The notes under the pieces are model-generated. The model saw only the letters and a program-made list of their open reading frames with translations. It did no database searches and had not been told where the DNA came from. From positions 1-64,000 of the IMG/VR virus record IMGVR_UViG_3300028800_000081: 64,000 bases of DNA; one strand, written 5' to 3'. Within the stretch, counting starts at the first letter, position 1. Each line of letters opens with the position of its first letter. Positions 30,059 to 38,804 of the stretch are shown here, in pieces. Source of the DNA: a virus. The translations under genes and the position numbers were made by a program.

Positions 30059-30937
30059 TCATGCGCCCCTCGTGCTGGCTTCTTCGAAAATGACGGCGCC
30101 GCGGATTTCACGTCCGCCCGATTTCACGAAAGCCCTGACTGCCTGCTCGAGCCCAGCCAGCGGGATGTGCTGACGAAGCTTCTCAAGGTCCAGCGTGGCG
30201 CGGTCCAAATCACGGAACGTCCACTCCGTCTTGAGGCTCGAAACGCCTCCATGACCTCCGCGCGCGCGGGAAAGGTCCGCAAGATTGGCCGATGCCGACT
30301 TGTCCGCGGCCGCGCGGGCCTCGGCTGCGACCCGTTCCGCCGCCGCCGCTTCGTCGGCCCGCGCCTTCGCTAGCGCGGCCGCTCGGTCAGCCTTCTCGCG
30401 CTCTTCGACGTTCCGCTTGCGCGCCGCCGCACGCGCCGCCTCGTCGGCCGCCTGCTGTGCCCTGAGGGCTTCAGCACGCCGCTTGTCTTCCTCGGCTCTG
30501 GCCTTCGCTGCCTCGGCTTCGCGAATGTGCCGCTCTTCCTCGGCAATCTTCAGCTTGTACCGGGTCTGGGCCGACTGGACGCGCTCCTTCACGCCGGGGG
30601 GGGCGTTCTTCGTCGGGGCCGTTAGCTTGTCCATCGGCCCGCGAAAGAAGGCGTGCACGCGGCTCGCCTCGGTATCGTAGGGCTCCTTCTCGCCCTCGCG
30701 GGCAGCATCGAGCGCCTTCACGCAAGCCTGTATCTGCTTGACGAATTCGGTCGCCTTGCTGTCCGCTTCCGGGCTGTCGATCTCCGGCATACGCGATTCC
30801 GCGGCGATCAGATCCTCGGCGCGCTTCGTCAGTTCTAGGTGCGTCAGGGTCAGATGGTCGTCTAGCTCGGCTCCCTTGCGGAGACCGGCGAGAATGTTGT
30901 GGCCGAGGCCGGTATCGGCTGCGGTGGCGTCGTTCAT
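30059..30937 (-). CDS. Coiled-coil phage protein
   Basis: Long Ala/Glu/Arg helix; C-terminal GGREIRGAVIFEE. Confidence 0.7.
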   Translation of the reverse strand: MNDATAADTGLGHNILAGLRKGAELDDHLTLTHLELTKRAEDLIAAESRMPEIDSPEADSKATEFVKQIQACVKALDAAREGEKEPYDTEASRVHAFFRGPMDKLTAPTKNAPPGVKERVQSAQTRYKLKIAEEERHIREAEAAKARAEEDKRRAEALRAQQAADEAARAAARKRNVEEREKADRAAALAKARADEAAAAERVAAEARAAADKSASANLADLSRARGGHGGVSSLKTEWTFRDLDRATLDLEKLRQHIPLAGLEQAVRAFVKSGGREIRGAVIFEEASTRGA

Positions 30938-30946
30938 GAATTCCTC

Positions 30947-31375
30947 CTAGAACGGGGTTGGTAGCTTGTTGAAGTCGATAGGGCGCTCCGGTTGAGACAC
31001 AGGATCGTTCGGATCGTTCTGCTCGCACCACCGCTGGTTATCCATCATGTAGTCGTATTCCTCGCGCGGGATCGGGTGCGAAGCGAGATAGGTCCACTGA
31101 TCGGCTGGATCGCGCGCTTTGCCGCCGACTTCGCATTTGAGAACTTCGTCCGATGCCAGCGAGCCGTCTTCATCGGTCTCCGCTTCAAGCCAGATGCGCG
31201 CCGCGACCCACGGCCCATTGCGGACAAGGCGGCGGCGGTAGAATCCTGGCTGCGGCTCGTCTGTAATCCGCACCCCTGCCGCATCGCACCCCCGCATGGA
31301 GCCGTTGCGCTCATGGTATTCGAGCGCGCGCGTCCACCATGCGAGGGATTGCGACTCGGGGGTTGGGCTACGCAC
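30947..31375 (-). CDS. Hypothetical phage protein
   Basis: EPQPGFYRRRLVRNGPWVAARIW; operon packing. Confidence 0.65.
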   Translation of the reverse strand: MRSPTPESQSLAWWTRALEYHERNGSMRGCDAAGVRITDEPQPGFYRRRLVRNGPWVAARIWLEAETDEDGSLASDEVLKCEVGGKARDPADQWTYLASHPIPREEYDYMMDNQRWCEQNDPNDPVSQPERPIDFNKLPTPF

Positions 31376-31679
31376 TCGGGGCTGGTTCCTTCATCAGATT
31401 ACGGAACGCGGCCACGAGCGCGGCAATGTCCTCGTCCGACTTGCCGTAGAAAAACAGCACCACGTCCGATCCGTCCTTGTCCTCGATGCGGACAGAATGC
31501 GCCTGCGTGCTAATGTGGCTGTAGTGACTGACCTTGGCGGGCCAGTGTATTGAAGCGTTCATGCTCATTTCGCCACCACATAGAACACGATCACGATCAC
31601 AAATATTGCCAGCGCTGCCATGACGGCCGCTGCGTCTTCCAGTGCGGAAGGCTTGGGCGGGAGAGGTTCGTAGGTCATG

Positions 31680-31982
31680 TCAGGAACCCTTTGCCTTGGA
31701 GATGGCGGCATGCATCTCTTCGGTCAGCGCGGCGATTGCTTCGGTAGAATTCCCGCCCAATCTGGCGCACGCTTCGAGCTTGCGGACCGCGATATCCAGC
31801 GCCCAAAGCAATTCCGGCGCGGCTGAGCACAGGCGGGCATTCTCTCGCGCATCCGGCCCGTGAAACGTCGCAATGATGAATCCGCCGTTGTCGTTTGCGG
31901 AATGATTGAGCCGTTTGGCGCGCACCGTCGGCTCGTGGCTGACGTTGTGGGCGTCGACCCACGGTCCGGGTGTCACGCTCAT
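31680..31982 (-). CDS. Hypothetical phage protein
   Basis: TPGPW...NARLCSAAPELL family motif. Confidence 0.7.
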   Translation of the reverse strand: MSVTPGPWVDAHNVSHEPTVRAKRLNHSANDNGGFIIATFHGPDARENARLCSAAPELLWALDIAVRKLEACARLGGNSTEAIAALTEEMHAAISKAKGS

Positions 31983-32218
31983 GCCAGCACCAGCCGCACC
32001 TTGGCCCGCTTGGCTTCAAACCATTCGCCGAGCACCCTCAGATGGTGCGCACGCTTGCCTTCACGGGCGTCGTCATCCACAGCCATGTCGCAGAGCAGCG
32101 AGCCGATTTCCTGCGCCGGGACGCCGACCGATTCGCCGTCGCCCCGCTCGATCGTCGCCTGGCTGAAGTCGCGACCTATGCGGCAGGAAAGCGCGTAGAT
32201 ATGGGCATTTTCTGGCAT
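31979..32218 (-). CDS. First gene of the leftward operon
   Basis: AAGGGA SD; overlaps the next start. Confidence 0.5.
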   Translation of the reverse strand: MPENAHIYALSCRIGRDFSQATIERGDGESVGVPAQEIGSLLCDMAVDDDAREGKRAHHLRVLGEWFEAKRAKVRLVLA

Positions 32219-32299
32219 TGCGTGTCCCTTCGAGAAAGGCGCTTCGAACTCGCCCTTGCTGGAATAGCATAGGGGGCCCTTGCTCGCCATGCAAGGGGG

Positions 32300-32316
32300 T
32301 ATTGCACAAAGCAATA
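32300..32316. promoter_or_regulatory. Operator-like inverted repeat in the divergent control region
   Basis: TATTGC-ACAAA-GCAATA between divergent operons. Confidence 0.45.
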
Positions 32317-32522
32317 GATTGCCTCAATGTGATTCGACCCAAAGAAGCCCCGATGGATTGTGGGTTTCCTGCCAATGATAACGATGGAGGCGGAAATGAG
32401 CGGGATGCAAGAGGCGAGGAAAAGCCCTTGAAAGCCGCGATACACTCTCAGAAGTGCTCGATATCCTAGAGCGGGGCGCGGCGATTGGATGCCGCGCCCG
32501 CGCATTTCGTGAAAGATCGTAA

Positions 32523-32711
32523 ATGACACCCAAGCAGCTCCTATCCCAGATTAACGCTCACCTGAAAAAGACGAAGGAGAGCCCTTCGGCATTCGGCAAG
32601 CGCGTTCTGAACGATCCAGCGTTCGTGCTGAAGCTAAAGCGGAAACCCGCTCGGAAGCCATTCCCGCACACCGTCGACAAGGTGCTTGCGGCGATAACCC
32701 CAACCCAATGA
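32523..32711 (+). CDS. Cro-like small HTH protein
   Basis: SPSAFGKRVLNDPAFVLKLK; first rightward gene. Confidence 0.65.
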   Translation: MTPKQLLSQINAHLKKTKESPSAFGKRVLNDPAFVLKLKRKPARKPFPHTVDKVLAAITPTQ

Positions 32712-32724
32712 AGGATTGAACCAC

Positions 32725-33342
32725 ATGGCAGCAAAACGAGGAACGCGCGCTAAGACGCCCGCGAAGGGCAAAGCAAAGCGCGGAGGCAAAAAATCACGCG
32801 CGGAATCCATGACCGGCAAGAAAGCCGCCGAAGTCGAGGGCCGCACGGGCGAACTGGAACTCAAGGAAGTTGAGATCGACGACGGCGACTTTGACATGCA
32901 TTTCCGGGCACTGAAGGGCGCAACGGATCGCATGAAAACTGCGAAAAACTTGTTCGATGGCTGCTGCAAAGCCGCGAAGAAGGTCAGCCCGGAACTGCTC
33001 GACGCCGTGAAGCGCGCGATCAAGTTCGAAGGCATGGACACCGAGGACATCAAGCGGCAGTTGCAGATCGACGGCTATGTGCTGCGGAAGACCGGGGCCC
33101 CGATCCAAATTACGTTGCATGACACGCTTCTCGGGGACGTTGATGACGCCGCCGAGGCGCGCGGGCGCAAGGATGCGGAAGGCGGGAAGTTTGCCAGTAA
33201 TCCATACCCGGCCGGCTCCTCGCTGCACGAGCGCTATAAGATCGGCTGGGGCAAAGTGTCGGCCGAGCGGATCGCCGGCGCCGACGAGCATCCCAACAAT
33301 GGTGCCATCGAACTCCGCGAAGAAGCCGAGGCTGCGGAGTGA
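32725..33342 (+). CDS. Hypothetical protein with an RMF-like C-terminal motif
   Basis: ARGRKDAEGG...NPYP...YKIGW. Confidence 0.6.
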   Translation: MAAKRGTRAKTPAKGKAKRGGKKSRAESMTGKKAAEVEGRTGELELKEVEIDDGDFDMHFRALKGATDRMKTAKNLFDGCCKAAKKVSPELLDAVKRAIKFEGMDTEDIKRQLQIDGYVLRKTGAPIQITLHDTLLGDVDDAAEARGRKDAEGGKFASNPYPAGSSLHERYKIGWGKVSAERIAGADEHPNNGAIELREEAEAAE

Positions 33343-33860
33343 TCCTGGCCTTGGACCTGTCGACCGTCAAAACCGGGTTTTCCTTCGGCGGCCAGAATGA
33401 CGGCGCGCCGAAGGGGGGCGTGTGGCGCATGCCAGGCGCTGGGGCCGACGTGTTCGATCGCACGCTTGGTGGCATTTACGAGTCCGTCCTGATGATGGCG
33501 CGCGCGATCAAGGCCGAGCGCGTCTGCATCGAAGCCCCGCTCCTGCTCAATGACAGCGAGCACGGGGCGGCGATCACCATGGCGCTGGTCCAGCTTACCG
33601 GGGCGGCGCGCGCGGGGGCGCACAATGCCGGGTGCCTCGTGAAATGCGTTGCCGTCTCGACGGTTCGAAAGCATTTTATCGGGATAGGCAACCTTCCGAG
33701 CAAGAAGGCAAAGCAGGCCGTCATGGACCGGTGCACGCTGTTCGGATGGCCCTACGAGGACGACAACCAAGCCGACAGCAACGCGGTCTGGAGTTGGGGT
33801 ATGTCGACCTACTATCCAAAGTGGAGTCCGCGCTCGACGCCTCTCTTCGCCAAGCGATAG
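33339..33860 (+). CDS. ruvC: RuvC-like Holliday junction resolvase
   Basis: ILALDLS.TG, CIEAP, DDNQADS. Confidence 0.8.
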   Translation: MILALDLSTVKTGFSFGGQNDGAPKGGVWRMPGAGADVFDRTLGGIYESVLMMARAIKAERVCIEAPLLLNDSEHGAAITMALVQLTGAARAGAHNAGCLVKCVAVSTVRKHFIGIGNLPSKKAKQAVMDRCTLFGWPYEDDNQADSNAVWSWGMSTYYPKWSPRSTPLFAKR

Positions 33861-33868
33861 GAGATCAA

Positions 33869-33924
33869 ATGCCAGCCTCCCGAAACGACCAATGGTCCGA
33901 AGAGGACAAGGAAACGCTCCGGAA
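33869..33924 (+). pseudogene. 5' fragment of a GcrA-like HTH gene interrupted by the TnpB unit
   Basis: WSEEDKETLR resumes after 35233 as NYWP, with SAS..KRLGL nearby. Confidence 0.45.
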
Positions 33925-34038
33925 GAAAAGTGCGCCGTTAACTATCTGTTTGACATTTCTTCGCCGCCGCCCGATAAAGTTCGGGCTGATCCGACGTTTC
34001 CGCGTCGCCCAGCCCTGACCTTGACGGAGAGTAAGTCC

Positions 34039-35202
34039 GTGTCGGCTGACACCAACATAGCCACCCAATTTTTGACGTACAAGACGCGTCTGTTGCCCTC
34101 GCGCGGCCAGCACGACAAGATGCGCGCGGCCTTGGATCACACTCGCGATTTGTACAACGCAGCTCTCGCCGAGAGGATTGACTGCTATCGCAAGACTGGC
34201 AAAGGCCGAAGCTGGCCAGACCAATGTAAGGGCCTGACCGAATTACGCGCTGAGTCGGCTTGGACAATTTATCCTGTTTCTCTGCAACGATGGCCGCTGA
34301 AACAACTCGATTTGGCTTTTGCGGCATTCTTCCGGCGAGTCAAATCTCGTAACGGTCGGCCCGGCTTTCCGCGTTTTCGTGGCCGCGAATGGTTCAAGAC
34401 ATTCGGCTTCTCGGATCGTTTGGGCTGGGCAGTGAAAGGCTCTCGCCTTCGTATGAAGGGCATCGGGTCCGTTCGGTTGCATTTGCACCGCCCGCTGCCA
34501 TCAAAACCAGTCGCCTGCAAGGTGAAGCGCGAAGGCCAAAACTGGTACGCGCTGTTGACTGTCGAAATTCCGTGCGTTGCTGAACATCGCGGCCCCGCAG
34601 TCGGGATCGACGTTGGTATCACTACGTTGGCAGCGCTTTCGACCGGTGAATTGATTGCCAATTCTAGGCCGTCCCGCCTGGCGCAGGCAGAAATTCGGCG
34701 TCGTCAACGCGCGCTCGCGAGGTGCAAGCGTGGGTCCAATCGGAGACGCAAGATTAAGGCGAGGCTGGCGGATCAGCATGCGAAAATCGCTCGCTCTCGC
34801 GAGACCTATTTGCATCAGATTACGGCCTCTATTGCCGCGCGGTTCAGTTTGATTGCGGTAGAGAAACTGAATCTCAAGGGCCTCGCTGGCGGAATGCTGG
34901 CGAAGGAAGTTCACGATGTTGCATGGGGGCGCTTCAATCAATTTCTCCGCTACAAGGCCGCAAGAGCCGGTGGCAGTGTGATCGAAGTTGATCCAAATTA
35001 CACTTCGCAGATATGTCCAGAATGCGGCGTCATCAAGCGGAAGGAACTCTCTGAGCGGGCGCACTCGTGCCCGTGCGGTTGTGTGCTTGACCGCGATGTT
35101 GCTGCCGCAAAGGTCATTCTGCAGCGGGCCGGGAATGGTCCGTGGACACATAACGTGCCGGATGCGGCGCGTGTGTCCAGAAAGGTGCGGAGGGCTGCCT
35201 GA
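34039..35202 (+). CDS. tnpB: TnpB RNA-guided endonuclease (IS200/IS605 family)
   Basis: GIDVG, VEKL, CPECG/CPCG, DRDVAAA: intact RuvC D-E-D triad. Confidence 0.93.
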   Translation: MSADTNIATQFLTYKTRLLPSRGQHDKMRAALDHTRDLYNAALAERIDCYRKTGKGRSWPDQCKGLTELRAESAWTIYPVSLQRWPLKQLDLAFAAFFRRVKSRNGRPGFPRFRGREWFKTFGFSDRLGWAVKGSRLRMKGIGSVRLHLHRPLPSKPVACKVKREGQNWYALLTVEIPCVAEHRGPAVGIDVGITTLAALSTGELIANSRPSRLAQAEIRRRQRALARCKRGSNRRRKIKARLADQHAKIARSRETYLHQITASIAARFSLIAVEKLNLKGLAGGMLAKEVHDVAWGRFNQFLRYKAARAGGSVIEVDPNYTSQICPECGVIKRKELSERAHSCPCGCVLDRDVAAAKVILQRAGNGPWTHNVPDAARVSRKVRRAA

Positions 35203-35245
35203 TGTCAGTCAACCGTATAATTCCCCTCCGGAACTACTGGCCATT
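35125..35245 (+). ncRNA. Putative omegaRNA scaffold and guide of TnpB-1
   Basis: Hairpin loop GGGAAT pairs with ATTCCC at 35220-35225; TGGACACA/TGTGTCCA stem. Confidence 0.55.
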
Positions 35246-35806
35246 TCTCCGGCATTGACCATGAGCGCCTCCCGGAAAGGTCTGAAGCGTCTCGGGCTTC
35301 GCCGGTATATCGTGGAAGGCCCGCGTCCGATGGTCATAGAGCGGGACCGCCCCTGGCGCTGGTTTGTTAGGCCGGCGTCCTATCCCAACGCGCCCGGCGG
35401 GTTCTTCTCGCAGACATTCCGGCGCCTTCGGTGCGCGCGGGCCTATGCGGAAGCGCAGGCGGGGATCGAACCATACCCCTATCTTGATATTCCTGTCTGT
35501 CTTCGCCGCTGGAAGCCGGGAGCGCGGACTTGACGAATCTCGCGGGACAGTCATTAACTATTCGCGTCGGGGCGACGGTCTCGGCAAATGCGGCTGTCAG
35601 CCAGTCTCAGAGCGTGAATGCTGCAAAGCACTCCCTTCGAGGCTGAGACTGGCGGCAGTTCCTTGAAGGGGAAACGACATGCCTCAATCACTCAAAGACG
35701 CACTTGAACGCCTAGCGGTTGCGGGCCGGTATCGTCCGCCTGGCGACATTCTGGCTGGCCCGCGCCGTCCAGAGCCGTTCCGCTGGTGGGTCGATAGGGC
35801 GAACTG

Positions 35807-36112
35807 ATGGGCAAACAATCCTCGGTCAATTTCAGTGACAAGGCGAAGCGCGCGCGCGGCATTGAGCCGAGCGATGCGCTGAAGGAAAACGAGCGGCTGC
35901 ATCTCGAGCTGATGGCGGCACAGCGGGCCGTGACGGCCAAGGAGGCCCTGATGCGGGGCCGGCTCGAACGCATCCGTTCCGACGTCCGCGCGGCCGTTGA
36001 GGCTATGGACGCCGGACGTCGCGGCGAAGGCATGCAGATCCTCCGCGCGCTTGTGCGGCCCAAGGACGGCAAGCTTTCCAGCGGTGAGCCCGCAGAGCCG
36101 GACGCGGCATGA
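35807..36112 (+). CDS. Hypothetical coiled-coil protein
   Basis: Operon packing. Confidence 0.55.
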   Translation: MGKQSSVNFSDKAKRARGIEPSDALKENERLHLELMAAQRAVTAKEALMRGRLERIRSDVRAAVEAMDAGRRGEGMQILRALVRPKDGKLSSGEPAEPDAA

Positions 36113-37302
36113 GCGAAGATCAACCAAAATTCGAATATCGGTACATCCAGACTCGTCCGTGCGAGTGGTCCGTTTTTTTGATTTTCGACGACGAGTCGAA
36201 CGTCTGGCGCCGCGTCGCCGTCTTTGTGAGTGAGGCGCGCGCGAAAAGCTACGCCGAAATCGAGCAGATGCGCGACGAGTGGGAAGGTGACAAGGGCGGC
36301 GAGGAAGGCGAACTGCTGTGCCAGATAACGGCGCGCGAACTCCCGGCCTCCCGCGTCACGCCTGATCGCATGATCCGCCGCGAGAGCATCGCGCACACCA
36401 GGATCGAACGTACCGAGGAAATCAGCCGAGCCGCTGTTGCGCTATTAACGCGCGAGGATCTCGCTGAGCTTCCCGCCGCGGTCATTGCGGAATTGAGCCC
36501 TGCCGCGCAGGCAGTTGCACTTTCACCCCCGGAACCTGCAATTGAGGCCACGCCTGTTGCTGTTAAAGGCAACACTCCAGAGCCGCCCGACGACGGCGCC
36601 GAGGAATATCCGCCCCTGCCAGAAGCGATCGACTGCGCGACGCTTGAGCCGCTGACGGCGCTTCAGTTCAAGGTGCTTTCCGCCGTCCTCATGACGCGCG
36701 GCGCGGAAACATCCGGCGTCGCCTTGGACAAGGCGTCGGGCGTCATTGGCGCGTCGACACACACTCTTTCGCTCGCGAAAAAAGGCTACATCAGAATCCG
36801 CAAGCTTGGAAAGCATCGCTACGCCTATGACGGCCTGACGTTCGGGGCCCCGCGCGTAGGCGTGTACGATTCGAAAGCTGGGAAATGCGTCGGAAAATAT
36901 GACGCGCCAGCCTCATTGCCTTCCAAAGCCGTTGAGCACCGACCTGCAGAGGTTGCAGCGGCTACCAAACCAGCGCAGAAATCAGAACCGGCGCGGGTCG
37001 CACCTATAAGTATCAGCCCCTCACCTGCAAGTAAGCCGTCTCACGCCCGCCCGACGCCTCCCAACGGCACACGCTTCCCCATCGCTGGCGACCCCGAGCA
37101 TGGCCGCAGCGCGCTCGACGCCGACGATGGCCGCATCCATGTCATCTCCTACCTGACGCGCAAGGGTCACACGGTGTCGCTGGCTGAAGGTGGCTGGCGG
37201 GTGGATGGGCGGATCAAGCGCGTCGACGAAGCACTGGAGTTGATCAACAGCTACCGCGCCAAGGCGGAACTTCCGCCCGCGCTCGCGAGCATGCTGGCAT
37301 GA
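36109..37302 (+). CDS. Hypothetical protein with a probable winged-helix domain
   Basis: LTALQFKVL...SLAKKGYIRI; overlaps the dnaB start. Confidence 0.6.
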   Translation: MSEDQPKFEYRYIQTRPCEWSVFLIFDDESNVWRRVAVFVSEARAKSYAEIEQMRDEWEGDKGGEEGELLCQITARELPASRVTPDRMIRRESIAHTRIERTEEISRAAVALLTREDLAELPAAVIAELSPAAQAVALSPPEPAIEATPVAVKGNTPEPPDDGAEEYPPLPEAIDCATLEPLTALQFKVLSAVLMTRGAETSGVALDKASGVIGASTHTLSLAKKGYIRIRKLGKHRYAYDGLTFGAPRVGVYDSKAGKCVGKYDAPASLPSKAVEHRPAEVAAATKPAQKSEPARVAPISISPSPASKPSHARPTPPNGTRFPIAGDPEHGRSALDADDGRIHVISYLTRKGHTVSLAEGGWRVDGRIKRVDEALELINSYRAKAELPPALASMLA

Positions 37303-38804
37303 ACAAGCCGGAGAAAGACTTCAGACGATCGCTGCCCTGTTCGATCGAGCTTGAACAGGCCGCCATCGGGGCCTGTTTGGTCGACAACCGGCTGATCGAA
37401 GTCCTCGCCGCCGACCTTGAGCCCGAAGCTTTGTTCGACCCGCTTCACCAGCGCATCTATGGGCTCATCCTCGCGCTCTCGGCCGAAGGCAAAGTCGACC
37501 CGCTGATCCTCAATTCCGTGATGGCGCACGATGACGGCCTCAAGATCGTCGGAGGCATCGGCTACCTCGCGAATCTCGCCCAGGCGGCACCGGCTCGCCC
37601 GAACGTCACGGAATACGCGCGCGCGCTCAAGGAACTCGCCCAACGCCGCCGGCTGATCGAGATAGGCGAATCGCTTCTTGACGACGCCTATGCGGCGACG
37701 GGCGATCGGTCCTCGGATGAACTCGTGACCCGCCACGCCGACGCGCTGCTCCGAATCGGGGAGGGGCGAAAGACCGGGACGAAGCACCTTGCCGACGTTG
37801 TCACGGCCAGCCTCACGCAAGCCGAGAAGCATCTGGCGGGCGAGAAGATTGCGGCCGTCGAGACAGGTATCGGCCCGTTTGATCGCGCCATAGGCGGCCT
37901 ACAGCCGGGCGACCGGGTAGCGATCGCGGCTCGCACCGGAATGGGCAAGAGTTTGACCGCCTCGGCAATCGCCAACGGACTGGCGCGGAATGGTGCACCG
38001 GTCTTCATCGCAAGCGGTGACATGCGGGCGAAGCAATGGGGCGATCGCGCGGCGTGCGACGTTGAGTCGTTCCTGCATCCAGGAGAGCCCTACATTTCGT
38101 ATTCGAAGTTCCGGGCCGGCCTGCTCTCTAACAAGGAAATCTATCGCCTGGCGCTCGCGCAACACGAGATGCAGGCATGGGCGATCGACATAGACGACAA
38201 TCCGACGATCAACGTGGCGACGTTCCGCGGCCGGGTGCGCGAGATGGCGCGGCGGTATCCGGGCCAGCAAGGCGTTGCGATCCTGGACTTCATCCAGAAG
38301 GTCAAGCCCGAGAAGGGCGGAAAGCGCGACCAGCGGCGCGACGAAGACCTGACGGAGATATCCTACGACCTCGGCGATATCTGTGGAGAACTCGGCTGGT
38401 CGCTGATTGCCTTGGTGCAGCTCAAGAACAAGGCGACCGACGCCAAGGGACAGCTTTCCGAGGCGCCGCCCAGCGTTGCCGATATCCGCGAATCGGGCGG
38501 GATCGAGATGGCCTTCGACATCATCGTCAGCCCGTTCCGCAAGGCGTTTTTCATCGAGCGCCGTGAGCCTGAAGGCAAGCACAACGCCGGCGGCCCGCCG
38601 CCTGAATGGATCTCGTGGAACGCCGAAATGGCGGAGCATCGGAACAAGCTTCGCCTGCTCGGGTGGAAGAATCGGGACGGCAACGCGGCGGTGCTCAATC
38701 TCGATCTGTGGTGCAACCCCGCGACCGCGACGGTCTGCGAATACGCGCCGGAACGCAGCACGCAACAGACAGCCGACCTTCTGGCGTTCGGAGCGCCGGG
38801 GTGA
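37299..38804 (+). CDS. dnaB: DnaB-like replicative helicase
   Basis: LPCSIELEQAAIG, Walker A AARTGMGKS, LDFIQ, DIRESGGIE. Confidence 0.92.
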   Translation: MNKPEKDFRRSLPCSIELEQAAIGACLVDNRLIEVLAADLEPEALFDPLHQRIYGLILALSAEGKVDPLILNSVMAHDDGLKIVGGIGYLANLAQAAPARPNVTEYARALKELAQRRRLIEIGESLLDDAYAATGDRSSDELVTRHADALLRIGEGRKTGTKHLADVVTASLTQAEKHLAGEKIAAVETGIGPFDRAIGGLQPGDRVAIAARTGMGKSLTASAIANGLARNGAPVFIASGDMRAKQWGDRAACDVESFLHPGEPYISYSKFRAGLLSNKEIYRLALAQHEMQAWAIDIDDNPTINVATFRGRVREMARRYPGQQGVAILDFIQKVKPEKGGKRDQRRDEDLTEISYDLGDICGELGWSLIALVQLKNKATDAKGQLSEAPPSVADIRESGGIEMAFDIIVSPFRKAFFIERREPEGKHNAGGPPPEWISWNAEMAEHRNKLRLLGWKNRDGNAAVLNLDLWCNPATATVCEYAPERSTQQTADLLAFGAPG

